A stretch of DNA of 64,000 nucleotides from Mobula hypostoma (taxonomy: Eukaryota). The translations under genes and the position numbers were made by a program. Shown here piece by piece: positions 47,845-61,949 of this stretch. The stretch lies in the NCBI RefSeq assembly GCF_963921235.1, contig NC_086108.1, positions 77,254,001 through 77,318,000 of the forward strand. Reading direction: 5' to 3'. Under the pieces are notes generated by a model that saw nothing but the letters and a program-made list of their open reading frames with translations, made no database searches and was not told the origin of the DNA. How positions within the stretch are numbered: position 1 is the first letter of the stretch; every line of letters begins with the position of its first letter.

Positions 47845-50800
47845 ATGATCATAAGACCATAAGATATAGGAGCAGGATTAGGTCATTCAGCACATCGACT
47901 CTGCTCCACCATTTGATCATGGCTGATCCATTTCCCTCTCAACCTCAATCTCCTGCCTTCTACTAATAACCTTTCATAGCCTGACTTATCAAGAATCTAT
48001 CACCATCCATCTTAAATGCACCAAATGACCTGGCCTCCACAGCTGCCTGTGGCAATGAATTCCACATGTTCACCACCATTTGGCGAAGGAAGTTCCTCCT
48101 CATCTCTGTTCTTAATGGATATCCCTATATTCTGAAGTTGTGCCCTTTGGTCCTAGACTCCCCCACTATAGGAAACATCCTCTCCACATCCACTTTATTT
48201 AGGCCTTTCAACATTCGATAGGTTTCAATAGGATTCAAAGTGTACAGGCCCAGATCTATCAAACACTCCTCATATGATAAGCTTTTCATTCCCCGAATCA
48301 TTTCTGTGAACCTCCTTTGAACACTCTCCAGTGTCAGCATATTCCTTCTAAGATAAAGGACCCAAAACTGCTGTCAATACACCAAGTGAGTCCTCAGTGG
48401 TGCCTTATCAAGCATCAACAATACATTCTTGTTTTTATATTCTAGTACCCTTGAAATGAATGCTAACATTACATTTGTCTTCCTCACCTCTGCCTCAACC
48501 TTTATGTAGGAGGACTCCCAAATCCCTTGCACCTCAGATCTTTAAATTTTCTCCGATTTAGAAATTAGTCTATGCTTTTATTCCTTCTACCAAAGTGCAT
48601 GACAGTACACTTCCTGACACTATATTCCATCAGCCACTTCTTTGCCTATTCTCCTAATCTGTCTAATTCTTTTTGAAGCCTCCCTGCTTCCTCAATGCTG
48701 CCTGACCCTCTATTTATCTTCGTATTGTCCTCAAATTTGGCCACGAAGTTATCAATCCCATCATTCAAATCACTGACATATAATGTAAAAATAAGTGGTC
48801 CTGTGGAACACCCACTACTCACTAGCAGCTAACCAGAAAAGGTTCCCTTTATTTCCACTCCTTGCCTCCTGCTAATCAGCAAATGCTCCAACCATTGTAG
48901 TATCTTTCCTGTAATACCATAGGCTCTTAACATGTTAATCAGTTTCATGTGTGGCACCTTGTCAAAGACCTTCTGAAAATCCAAGTATACAAAATCCACC
49001 GATTCTCCTCTGTCTACCCTGCTTGTTATTTCTTCAAAGAATTCCAACATATTGGTCAAGCAATATTTTCCCTTAAGGAAACCATACTGACTTTGGTCTA
49101 TTTTATCATGTGCCTCCAAGTACTTGAAACCTCATCCTTAACAATTGACTTCAACATCTTCCCAACTGCTGAGGTCAGACTAACTGGCCTATAATTTCCT
49201 TCCTTCTGCTTCTCTCCCTTCTTGAAGAGTGGAGTAACATTTGTAATTTTTCAGTCCTTCGGAACCATGCCAGAATCAATTGATTCCTGAAAGATCATTA
49301 CTAATGCCTCCACAATCTCTTCAGCCACCTCTTTCAGAACCTTGGGGTGTACACCATCTGGTCCAGGTGATTTATCTACCTTCAGAACTTTCAGTTTGCC
49401 AAGCACCTTCTCCCTAGTAATGGTAACTTCACTCATTTATGCCCCTCGACACTCTTGAATTTCTGGCATACTGCTAGTGTTTTCCACAGTGAATCGTGAT
49501 GCAAAATACCAGTTCAGTTCATCCACCATTTCCTTATCCCCCTTTACTACCTTTCCAGCATATTTTTCTAGCTGTCCAATGTCTACACTTGCCTCACTTT
49601 TACTCTTTATATATCTGAAGAAACATTTGGTATCCTCTTTAATATTATCGGCTGGCTTACCTATGTATTCCATTGCTTTCCTCTTTATGACTTTTTTAGT
49701 TGCTAACTGATTGTTTTTAAAAGCTTCCCAATCTTCTAACCTCCCACTAATTTTGCTTTGTTATAAGCCCTCACATTTTCTTTTATGTTGTTTTCTGACT
49801 TCCATCATCAGTCATGGTTGCATCATCCTGCCTTTAGAATACTTCTTCTTCTTTGGGATGTATCTGTCCTGCACCTTCCAAACTGCTTCCAGAAATTCCA
49901 GCCATTGTTGCTCTGCTGTCATTGCGGCTAGTGCCTCCTTCCTATCAAGTTTTCCCAGCTTTTCTCTCATGCCTCGGTAATTCCATTTACTCTACTCTCA
50001 TTTGGCTTTAGCTTCTCCTTCTCAAATTGCATGACGAATTAGATCATATTATGATCACTTTCACCTGAGGGTTCCTTTACCTTAAGCTTTCTAATCAATT
50101 CTGATTCTTTGTACACCTAATCCAGAATTGCTGATCCCCTAGTGGGCTTAACCATTGAGTGCCTTTATATATTCCCCTTCTAGGGATCCAGCCCCAACCT
50201 GATGTTCCCAGTCTACCTGCATATCGAATTCTCCCAGGACTATTGTAACATTGATTCTTTGACATGCCTTTTCTATTTCCTGTTGTAATTTGTAGCCCAC
50301 ATCTCTGCTACTGTATTTAAGTCTCAAAATAGTCTTTTTACCCTTGCAGTTTCTTTGCTCTACCACAAGGATTCTATGTCACCTCTTTCTAGGGATTTGA
50401 TTTCATTTTTTACCAACAGAGCCACCTCACCACCTCTGCCTACCTGCTTGTCTACCGTGTATATTCTTGGGTGTGAGGCTCCCAGCTATAATTTTCTTTC
50501 AGCCACAACTCTGTGATGCCCTCAACAGCATACTGGCCAACATCTAACTGTGCTACAAGTTCATCTACCTCATTCTGTATACTACATGCATTCAGTCGTA
50601 ACACTTTCAGTCCTGTATTCATCACCCTTTTCAATTTTGTCCTGCTTTTATATTACAACTCATCCCATTGACTGCAATTTTGCCCTATCATCAGCATGTC
50701 CTTGCTAGCAGTCTCACTACACACTGCCTCTGTTGGTAAACTAACTGCCCCATCCTCAGCCCTCTCATTCTAGTTCCCATCTCCCTGCCAAATTTGTTTA

Positions 50801-51960
50801 AAACCTCCCTGCAAGGATATTGGTCCCCCACAGGATCAGGTGTAAAGTATCCCTTTTGTACAGGCCGTACTTGCCCCAGAAGAGACTCCAATAATCCAGT
50901 AATCTGAAGCCTGCCCTCCGTACCTTTTCTCCAGCACACATTTATCTGCCAAATGCTCCTATTCTTACCTTCACTGGTGCATGGCACATGCAACAATCCA
51001 GAGATTACTAGCCTGACAATCCTGCTTTTCAGCTTTCTTCCCTGCTCCCTAAAATCTCTCTTCAGGACCCCTTCGCCTTTCCTACCCATGTCATCGGTGC
51101 CCATATGTACCAAGACTACTGGTTGCTCATCCTTGTCTTTCAAAATGCCATGGACATGATTCGAGACATTGCTGACCCTGGCACCTGGGAGGCAACATAC
51201 CATCCGCTGTTTCTATTGCATCCACAGAATCTCATCTCTACTCAGAACTCTAACTATGGAATCTCCGATCATACTGATGTCCTCTGCACCTCTCTTCTCC
51301 TCAGAGCCAGAGCTCCAGACTCAGTGCCAGAGTCCTGGTCACTGCAGCTGTCTCCTGGTAGTTCATCCCACCCCCCCCCACCCCCAATAGCATCCAATAC
51401 AGTTACATATTATTGAGGGGAATGTTCACAGGGGTACTCTGCACTGGCTACCTATTTCACTTTCCTTCTTATAACAGTCACCCTGCCTCCTGCAGCCTAG
51501 GGTGACTACCTCCCAGCAGCTCCTATCTTTCACTTTTTCAGTGTCCCATATGAGCTGAAAGTCAGTGAGCTCCTGCTCCAATTCCTTAACACGTTCTCTA
51601 AGGAGCTGCAGCTTGGTGCACCTGGTGCAATTCTGTAGTTCCCCAGAATTCCCACATCTTACGCAAAGAATATAATACTGCCACTAGAGTCATTTTCACT
51701 GCTCTACATATGCCCGAACAGATGAGGAACAAAGAATAAAGATGAAGATGAAGATACCTCACCCAAGCCTGATCTCGCCTAAGCCTGATGAGCCAAAGCT
51801 GAATTCTCCCCACTCTATACTGACCCATTCACACAATGGCCACTCCAAGAGTTGTTGCTCTGTTTTCCCCTGCCTTAACTTTCCCCTTGACTTTGCTAAT
51901 GAATCCCATCCACTGACTGGCCGCAGTTCAAACTCTGAAAACTGCTGCGAAGTGCTGGCT
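47845..51960 (-). mobile_element. near full-length decayed CR1
   Basis: ORF1 SGNH-esterase (VCCLPGARV, LVHMGTDD), endonuclease (LNACSIQNEVDEL, GITELWL), RT (YLDFQKVFDKVPH), 3' tail. Confidence 0.9.
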
Positions 51961-51974
51961 TTTTACAGAAAGCA

Positions 51975-53430
51975 TCTTGCCCTATCATCTGCCTGTTCTT
52001 TCTGACAGTCTCACTGCACACTGCCTCTGCTTATATCCTAACTGCCCCATCCTCAGCCTTATCACTCAGTTTCCCATCCCCCTGCCAAGTTTGCTTAGTC
52101 ACTCCTCAACAGTTCTAGCAAAGTTGCCCGCAAGCATATTCGTCCCCCTCAGGTTCAAATGTAACCTGTCTCTTTTGTACAAGTCATACATTCCCCAGGA
52201 GAGATCCCAGTGGCCCAGAAATCTAAACCACTGACCCTGCCCTTGTTCCTCAGCCATGCACTCATCTGCAAAATCATCCTATTCTTACCCTCACTGGGCA
52301 GCACAGATGGTCATACTACCCTGGAGGTCCTGCTTTTCATCTTTCTACCTACAGTAGCTCCCCAAATTCTCTCTTCAGGACCTCCTCCCTTTTCTACCTA
52401 TATATGTCATTGGTGCCAATATGTACCAAGATTTCTGGCTGCACACCCTACCCCTTTAGAATGCTGTGGACCCCATCTGAGACGTCCTCAACCCTGTCAC
52501 CCAGGAGGCAACATACTATCTGAGTGTCTCTTCTCTATCGCATCTTGTGTCTACTCCTCTAACTATGAAATCCCCTATCTCTACTGCAGTTCTCTACTCC
52601 CCACTTCCCTTCTGAGCCACAGTGTCTGAGTCACTGCTGGAGACCCTGTCGCTGCAGCTTTTGGTAGGTCATCCCTCCAAACTGTATCCAAAATGTTATA
52701 TTTATTATTGAAGGGACCGGTCACAGGGGTATTCTGCACCGGTCACCCTTTGTTTTCACTCTCCCAACAGTCACCCAGGTACCTTCATCCTGCAACTTAG
52801 GGGTGACTACCTCCCTGTAGCTCCTATCTAATCTATCACCTCCTCAGTTTCTCATATGAGCTGAAGATCACCGAGCTGCAGCTCCAGTTCCTTAACACAT
52901 TCTCTGAGGAGTTGCGGCTTGGTGCACCTGGAGCAGATGTAGTTATCTGTGAAGCTAAGTGTTTCCCAGAATACCCACATCTGACAGGAAGAACGCAACA
53001 CAGCTCCTAGAGCCATCCTCGCTGCTCTAACTATGTGATAACAGATGAAGAATGATGAATGAAGAAGAAGAAACTTACCAGATGCATACTTTGCTAAGCC
53101 TGTTCTCGCTGAAGCCTGATGAACTAAAGCCTCCCTACTCTAACACAGGTCCACTCACACAATGGCCACTCCTCTTGTCTCTGCCTTATTTTTATTTGCC
53201 CTTGCTAATGAATCGCTACTTGATTGGGCCTGTGGAAAATGGTGAAAGCCAGCGGACAATCCTCTTTCAAAATCTCACTTCCAGATCTATGACTTGCTTC
53301 CTCTCTCTCTCCCTATTTGATTGGACCAGGAGAAAAATGCTGAGAGACCATGAATGTTCCTTTTTTAAATCTCATTCATTGATCTGTGATCTCTGGCCAC
53401 AAGAGTTCATGATTTGGCCGAATAGTTCTT
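51975..53430 (-). mobile_element. CR1 5' region (5' UTR and ORF1) of a related copy
   Basis: Colinear with ~50680-51960. Confidence 0.8.
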
Positions 53431-53536
53431 AATGATTACAGTTTAGAGTCTTCAAGGATTTGAAACTAGGGGAATGTGGCATTATTTGAATTTACCTGAA
53501 AGTTTTGAAAACAAAGAAAACTATGAAAAGAGAATC

Positions 53537-53672
53537 GGTCCTGCCGAAGGGTCTTGGCCGGAAACGTCGACTGTACTCTTTTCCATAGATGCTGCCTGGC
53601 CTGCTGAGTTCCTCCAGCATTTTGTGTGTGTGTTGCTTGGATTTCCAGCATCTGCAGATTTTCTCTTGTTTG
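53537..53672 (+). mobile_element. Penelope terminal fragment with hammerhead motif
   Basis: GGTC-CTG[C]CGA-AGGGTCTTGGCCG-GAAA-CGTC-GACT followed by the Penelope terminal sequence. Confidence 0.8.
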
Positions 53673-55324
53673 TAAAAAGAGAATTGATACATACTATGTT
53701 TAACTCCCGTTGAATAAACAAAATAATTAACGTGATCTTTTTCAAGTCATTTTTTACTAAAACGTACTGTCATTTTCATACCTTGTTAAGGTGCACTTAC
53801 TGAGGTGCAGCGATGCATCCTGATCAGTTCCATCGTTTCCAAAGGGAATCTTGGACTCCAACTCAGCTTGGTAACTGAATCTCAAGCTAAACTTTTAGAA
53901 TTTCAAGTTCAAAGTTCAAATAAATTAACTATCAAAACATATGATGTTACTGTATACCTCCTTAATATTCTTTTCCTTACAGGCTTTTATAGGGAAAGTA
54001 GAAATAAAAGAGAAGGTTATGAAAAGTTATGTGTAAACTGACAAAGACTGACAAACACCAGAGTGCAGAAGAGAACAAACTGCAAAAAATGAGATGATGA
54101 GTTGCAAAGAGCTATTGAAAGTGAACTTGATCAAAAATAATACTTCCATGAGTTTTCCCTTTCTGCTTATAATTTCCTTTTTAACGGTGTCGCTAGCTCT
54201 TTTGTGAACTCAATATTAAATACTTGGTTATGTGTATTCAAAACAACTTTATGACTATTATTGCCTTTTAAAGATTCTGTGGGAGGTTTCTGATAATGTC
54301 ATGGCCTAATTATCCTGCTTTTGTGATGTGCTTCCTCCATAATAATGCAAAGGATTCTCTGAGGCTACATTTTTTAATAGCATGTGTATCTGTGTAAGTT
54401 TATCTTGAGAAACTTCCTTCTCTTCATCAAATGCATTAGTTCAAGTTAACAGAGCTCCGATTCAGGAAAGTTTTTATTTAATCAGATCAACAGCTGACTG
54501 CTCTGTCAGCAGTGCGGTGTCATTATAATGCTAATAACTCAATAAATAAAGCATCTTGCTGCAGTGTTTAACTTGGGGACAGCTTCACAGGACTGAGTAC
54601 AAAGGGGTCAATTTCAGCAGATGTAAACTCGTTTCTGAAAGATAGTCATTCAGAACTCATTGGTCTAATCTGAAACGGGAAAGGATCCAACTTAGCAATT
54701 CAACAAGTGCTCCAGCAACACAAGGACGCTGAATGTTCAACTCTCTTTTATGGTCTGGCCTAACTGAGTTATTGAGGACAGGGTCTAATTTAAGCCAATT
54801 CATCTATCAACATTTGTCTAAAAGGTTTTCATAAATTGGTAAAGACCAAAGGTTTTGTGCAACTGGGAAGAAAATAATGATGACCTCGGTTTGCTTTAAT
54901 TGTTTGATCTGATCTACTGTAATTATATAGAGGTTAGTCTGATATAGTAGAATTTGTTCCTGTTTTAATAAAGTTATATATTACCAGGAGAGTTCCAGGT
55001 TAAGTAACCCTTACTGTACTGAATGTACACAAGCCAGCTATTGAATTAAAAATAAAATGCCACTAAGCAACATAAAGAAGTTTGTCACGCAGTTGGAGGA
55101 GATGAAGTGAAAGTTGCAAGGAAATATTAATTGCTTTATTAATTCACAGACTAAAGCACACAGTTTATAAACTGACACATGATTGCTTTCATCTGGGAGG
55201 TTTTACACCAATTTGTCACTAGGAATTTTAAGTATAAAATACAGCCGTTGAATTATGAGACATGTTTTTCTATAATTCCATAATCAACTATTTGACCTTT
55301 GATGAGAAAATCATGAATCTCTTA

Positions 55325-55560
55325 TATAGAGGCATACACCTATATACCATATCTATGTCCTTCTTCATTTTCTATACCCCTATAAGGTTACCTTGTTAGC
55401 CTCCTATTCTTTAGAGGAGAAAGTTTCAACCTATCCATCCTTTCTATAAAACACCCCTACTACCCTTGTGAATCCTTTCTGCACCCTTTTCTGTTTAGTG
55501 ATGTCCTTCCTATGGCTGGGGGACGAGAACTACACACAGTATTCCAAGTGTGGAATTCAG
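55325..55560 (-). mobile_element. old CR1 fragment
   Basis: Antisense of PHLEYCV.F. Confidence 0.7.
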
Positions 55561-56438
55561 TTAGTCTATCTTTGGACTGATGTTATGTTGATGACTGAAG
55601 TCCTACAAAACCAGAAAATGGATACTGATGAGGAGGAGAGTAAATACCACATGATAATATGTTGATGACACCTTCCATTTGGGATGGACCTGTTGCCTTT
55701 GCTGGATTTTTCTCGCTTCGATGGATGAATAAAGAAGTACCATTTCTCCAATGGTAAATTTTTACCTTTGCCTTTGTTTAATGACTGGCTCAAATAATAC
55801 GGACTTGCTGATAATGCAAGTTGCTTAATTTATATAGAGGTCATTTTCAAGTCATTAGTGACTTAGAAGACTCAAGACTCATCTTAACCTGGAATGATTT
55901 GGTTTACAAATCTTGGAGAGGAGAGCTGGAGGACTTTGGATGTCACTTCTACTCACAAAGCTGCAAATAGTGTAAAAGTAACTAAATAGTGTTTCTTGGT
56001 TTTAAGCTGTCAAGTAGTTCATTTCACAGTGATGGTACTGATAACTTTGATCTCAGTTTGGGAGATAAGGAAGTATTTTCATGTTACAATGTCGAATAAA
56101 ATTAAACACTATCTTCATAAATAGTATTTACCACATAATTTTCATGACTCCAATTTCATTTAGAGTTTTTGTTCATATATTTTTCTAGATAGTAGGCAGG
56201 GTAATTATGGTGCAGTTCTCTATTGCTGGTGATGATAGGTATTTGGCAATCATTGGTAATCTTTGATTGTCTCAAAGGATCATATTAAGTTTTCAGTGTG
56301 GTGTGTATAGCCACATCAGAGTTGGAATGATTCTTGAGTGCTGCATGTCTCAGCTACAGAAATAACTGCCACACCCATCAGCCTTTACCTTACATCTTCT
56401 GAGGAAACACAACAGGTCTACCTCCATCTGTCTGCCAT

Positions 56439-56439
<1 letters not shown>

Positions 56440-56469
<30 letters not shown>
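56440..56469. repeat. (GA)n microsatellite
   Basis: Read directly. Confidence 0.95.
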
Positions 56470-56471
<2 letters not shown>

Positions 56472-56479
56472 GAAAAATG

Positions 56480-56810
56480 AGGTCACTTTCAGCCCATTAA
56501 GTCCATCTTGACCACCAACTGCTCATTTACATAAACCCTTTATTAGTCTTATTTTATTCTTCCCACAGTCTCAAAAACTCCCCTCAGATTCTAACACCCA
56601 TCTACACATTAGGAGCAACTTACAATGCCCAATTAACAGACTGACCTGCACGCCTTTGGGATGTAAGAGGAAAGTGCAGTACCCAGAGGAAGCACACATG
56701 GTCACAGGTAGAACACGTAAACTGTACACAGATGGAGGTCATGGATCAACCAGAGTCTTTGGCTCTGTGAACAAGTAGCTCTGCTGGCTCTGTGACTGTG
56801 CTGCCTGGGC
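56480..56810 (-). mobile_element. V-domain SINE
   Basis: ctttgggatgtaagaggaaagtgcagtacccagaggaa is the antisense V-domain. Confidence 0.7.
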
Positions 56811-56890
56811 TCTGTTACAGGCCCTCTCATTTATGCCCCTCATTTTGCATGAGATATTCTTGTTCCCCAACTTCGTTTATTCCTCTAGAT

Positions 56891-56973
56891 CAGTGTTTCC
56901 CAATCTTTATTTTTATGCCATAGACCAATAACATTAACCAAGGGGTCTGTGGGCTCCAGGTGGGGAAACCCTG
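56891..56973. mobile_element. 83-bp hAT (Charlie-type) MITE
   Basis: CAGTGTTTCCCAA...TGGGGAAACCCTG; perfect TSD CTCTAGAT. Confidence 0.9.
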
Positions 56974-57799
56974 CTCTAGATCAATTATCTCCTTGTGCTC
57001 TCAAACTTGAGTCTGAAGGCCTATCATAGTTTATCTTTGTCCATCCTCCACAGCCAAATCTTTTCATTGCCCTGGAGATTGTAAAGAGTGAAAATAATCT
57101 GAGATTTTTGCTTAAGGATAAATGATTTCTGATGCCCTGACCCTCATAGGTGTTTTATTCTTTGTGGCATTGCACAGCAGAAGGCGTTGACAACTTTGAG
57201 CTTAGCTAAAGTTGTGAGATGCATAAGTAAATGTTGTCTCTATGATAGATCTTTACAGTATGTGTCATAGACTGCTCTTCCCCAAACTTTTGACCTTATA
57301 CATATTTGGACACTTTCTTTCAGTTCTGCCAGCTTCACCTCAGACTTCCCAGGGATTGTTTCCTTCATAAATCCTACTGCCTGCTCTAATCTCCTTGATG
57401 ACTTCTGGTAAGATGTTGGCGACTTTGTTGCAGCAGACACTCCGGGTCCAAAGAATTGTGTAAATGTGTGCCTCTTAAACGACTTTCTTGATTGCAGAAC
57501 CTTTTTGGACATTAATGACGCAAAATGCTACATTGGTGAGTCTGACAGGATTGGGGGTGTGGGGGCTGCAGTGTGGCCTCGTTTGTTGTATGAGCCAACC
57601 CTTTATGCCACAGCATTACCTGTTGTAGTTATTCAGGGAAGGACATGCTGGAGGTGATGTGGGAAAGAACAGAGGTGCGGTGGACGCACTGGAATCTGTG
57701 CTGGGTTGAGGCCTGGCCCCTGCAGCCTGGCTTTCCTGTCGGTGCTGCTCTCTAGTGTTCACTCCCTGGAAGACAAGCTGGATTGTTCTCATCTGTGTC

Positions 57800-58580
57800 A
57801 GACGGAATTTAAATCAGCCAAGTGTGAGATGTTGCACTTTGGGAAGACAAACCAGGGTATGACTTACATGGTGAGAAGCAGGACACCATGGCATGCAGTA
57901 GAACAGTGGGATCTGGGAATACAGATCCATAATTCTTTGTAAGTGTCATCATATGTAGGTAGATAATATCATAAAGAAATCTTTGGCACATTGGCCTTCA
58001 TAAATCAAAGTACTGAATACAGGAATTGCGATTTTATGTTGCAGTTGTACAGGACACAGATGAGGCCTAATTCGGAGTGATAGTTACCTACTACAAGATT
58101 GAAAGAATGCAGAGAAAGTTCACAAGGATGTTGTCAGAACCTGAGAATCTGAGTTATGGGAAAGGTTGAAAAGTTTAGGACTTTATTTCCTAGAGCATAG
58201 AAGAATGAGAAGAGATTTGATAGAAGTATACAAAATTATGAGGTGTTTCGATAGGATAAATGCAAGTAGTCTTTTTCCATTGAGTTTGGGTGAGACTAGA
58301 GCTAAAGGTCATGGGTTAAGGGTGAAAGGTGAAATGTTTAAGGGGAACATGAGGTGGGAGCTTCTTCACTCAGAGGTTGTTGATAGTGTGGAATGAACTG
58401 CTAGCAGAAGTGGTGGATGCGCGATCAATTTCAACATTTATGAGAAATTGGGATAGGTACATGGATGGGGGACATGGGGGCTATCATCTGGGTGCAGGAG
58501 GAAGGGACTAAGCAGACTAATATTTCAGCATAGACTAAATGGGCCAAAGGGCTTGTTTCTGTACTGCAAGTGTTGATCGA
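57800..58580 (+). mobile_element. CR1 3' fragment
   Basis: KCEMLHFG, DLGIQIHNSL, RMRRDLIEVYKIMR. Confidence 0.85.
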
Positions 58581-58811
58581 CTCCATTGTTTTGTTTAGAA
58601 TTGTGTAAGGAATGTTATTTCACACCCTGGGGACTGCTTAAGTCATTTTTCATGGCTTTTGTCATGATGCACATCTCATTTTATTGTGATTCATTCATTA
58701 ATGTTATAAGTTGTGGTATTTTGATCTTGTTTTTGTTTTTATGTAGTTAAAATGAGGCTTATAAATGCCGGTGAGCTCATGGCACGTGGAAAGTAAGACA
58801 GACAAAGGATA

Positions 58812-59140
58812 GGGTGACACAATGGTGTAGCTAGCAGAGCTGCAGCCTCAGAGCACCTGAGCCTCAGGCTCTATCCTAACGTCTGCGTGGAGTTTGAGTG
58901 TTCTTAATGTGACTGTGTAGGTTTCCTCCAATAACTCTGCTTTCCTCTGACGTTGAAAGATGTGCATGTTAGTCGGCCACTGTAACCTCCCCCCACCCCC
59001 TTGTGTGTAAATGTGTGGAAAATGTGGGAAGAATTGTTGAGAATATAGGGAAGACAGAATAGAAATAATGAAAGATTAATTTACATGGGCAGACGTGGTG
59101 GACCAATGGGCTGGTTCTGTTCTACGTATGTCTATGACAC
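58812..59140 (+). mobile_element. V-domain SINE
   Basis: tRNA-like head, degenerate V-domain, CR1-like tail. Confidence 0.6.
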
Positions 59141-59547
59141 CATGATGTTGTTGATTGGGTAAATCATGACAGGAAATGCTTGACCTCATTTCCTGATGAC
59201 CAGGTTTTCAAAAGAAATGCTCTTCGAAACAGGAGAAAAATGCTTTTTATGCACAATTTGCAAACAATCACAAATGAATCCAATACTTCAGCAATATTGT
59301 AATAGTTTGAACTGAGTGAATCCAATCAGAACGTTGCTGACATGGTATCAGGCTTTGTCTCATCAAGTGCTTCCTCAGTCAACCTCTGCATTCCATGTGC
59401 AGGAAATGTAATTATCCAGTCCAGGCCGCAAGTGCCTTGTTATTGTTAGACAGATGAGTGGAAATAAGGAAAGGTGAATTCGTTTTCTTCAACATAAGAG
59501 GCTCAGGTTGTATTAGCCTGATAGTTCTAATTGATTCAATGCAAATA

Positions 59548-61082
59548 CAGGTGCCCCCACTTTTCGAACGTTCGCTTTACGAAACCTCACTGTTATGAAA
59601 GACCTACATTAGTACCCTGTTTTCGCTAACAGAAGGTGTTTTCACTGTTACGAAAAAAGCAGCGCGCACCCCGAGCAGCCACTCTCCCCCGGATTTGGAA
59701 CGGCATTCTCGCCGACATTGCTTAAACACATGCCTGTGAGCAGCCGTTTGCAAGATGAGTTCTATGGTCTCGGAAAAGCCTAAAAGAGCTCGTAAGGGTG
59801 TTACACCGCATAAAACTAGACATAATTAAGCATTTTGATCGTGGTGAACAAAGTAAGGACTAAGTGAGTTTGGCTTGTGGAAGCTGACGAAGATGATGTT
59901 TTGGTTTTGGCATCCCATGACCAAGAACTGATAGATGAAGAGCTGATGCAATTGGAAGAGGAAAGGATAACAATCAAAACTGAATGAGTAATGATAAAAT
60001 ACGACTTTAATTTTGAAAGGGTACGTCGGTTTAGGGGATATTTGCGGGATGGTTTGAGTGCTTACAAAGAATTGTATGATAGAAAAATGCGCGAGGTTCA
60101 GCAGTCAAGCAAGCCTTCAGCATCAGCCACAGCAGACGACGAACTTCAACCTTCGACATCGAGGCGGGCAGTCATAGGAGAAGATGAGCTGCCTGCCCTA
60201 ATGGAAACAGATAACGATGAGATGACACCCCTGTGTCCCACCACCACAACCCACAGGTTGCGGAGAGATACTGTACCGATTCGTGGAGAATGCTGCGGTA
60301 GTCAGGAGGCACACAGCACATCTTTAAGAAAAAAGCCGAAATAAACATGCTAATTAATTAGGTGCCGCCCGGCACGTAATTGTCGGCCCAGATCAGAGGC
60401 GATGCAATCGGCAATCGTCTCTGATCTGGGCCGACAATTACGTGCTGGGCGGCACCTAATTAATTAGCATGTTTGTTTCGTTTTTTTTCTTAAAGATGTG
60501 CTGTGTGCCTCCCGGCTACCGCTGTACCCCTGCATGCTTCGCGGATCCATATCGGCTCGCTGCCCGGAGGTTGGGGGCCACTGCACCACCCAAACTCTGA
60601 CGACTCAGTCTAACACACCATCATCAGTGTGCTCGGCGCTTTCCCATTTCTGGTAAGTGATACTACACTGTACATAAATTATTTCTACTTTATATTGGCT
60701 GTGTATTTTTACGTGTTATTTGGTATGATTTGGCAGCTTCATAGCTTAAAGGTTACCGGAGAGCGCTTGCGCTGTGTTTTTGCCGATGGCGCTTGCGTGA
60801 GATTTTCGCTACGGAGAACAGTTCAGGCAATGATTGTGGAAAAGTATTTCTACTTTATATAAGCTGTGTATTTATCATATCATTCCTGCTTTTACTATAT
60901 GTTACTTTTATTTTAGGTTTTATGTGTTATTTGGCATGATTTGGTAGGTTATTTTTGGGTCTGCGAACACTCACAAAATTTTCCCATATAAGTAAATGGT
61001 AATTGCTTCTTCGCTTTACGACATTCCGGCTTACGAACCGTTTCATAGGAACGCTCTACCTTCGGATGGCGGGGGAAACCTG
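59548..61082 (+). mobile_element. Tigger/pogo deletion derivative, copy 2
   Basis: TA|CAGGTGCCCCC...GGGGGAAACCTG|TA; homologous to 38558-40141. Confidence 0.9.
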
Positions 61083-61949
61083 TACAAGTACTTAAACAGG
61101 TTATAAAATATATAACACTGCAATTCAGTATCGGCTGTTATGCAAATTAATTGTCAATTGGCTCTGCCTGGTTCATTACGGGATGTTTTTAATCATCAGT
61201 AGCTCTGTTAGGCAAGTTATCGTAAACTTGGAAACAAAGATATCACAATTTTTCATGATCGTTTATAAATTTAAGTTTTATTTTATTCACACAGACACAT
61301 CTAATAGGAAGTTATACGGTTTTGAAAATATGAGCATCTACTTGGCTTGCCAATACCACTTAAATTTGCAGACACTGTGTTATGACAACAACTTTCCTTT
61401 GCTAAGTAATAACAATAATCACATTTCACTTACACGCCCCAAGTCGATATATAGTAACACAAGTTCTTTTAAGTATCAGCCAGCTAAATTCCTGCTTAAA
61501 CTATTTACTTTGTATCTCTCTGAATCCAAATCAAAGTTTATCAATGGCGTCAAATCACACTGTATAAAGGCGATGTCATCACAAGTTTCCAGAGAAAACT
61601 TTAAACAAATACTTTTTTTTAAATTAGCTTTTTACACAGTTCTTTTTAGAGAGGCACAGAAATTCAAACAGCCCATATGCTGAACTACTGTTTCAAATGG
61701 CGATATGAACCACTTTAAATTAGTGCAAAATCTCACTGCAGTGACTCACGTGTGTGTTGGCTGTGCTACTTACTTTACGCAAGTCAGGATGGTGGGGGCG
61801 AGAACCAGGTTTCTCTGATAGCACATAGAAGGCATAATTTCTGGCCACAGAGAACAAGGAAAATTTGAGTCAAAAATTACTTTTTCTGTTTATTCATTTC
61901 TGTGATATGATCATTGGTTGTATCATTGCTTATTGCCCATTCCTATCCA

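Noticed and set aside
61183..61683. 166-aa ORF
   Set aside because: AT-rich, no recognisable motif or splice support
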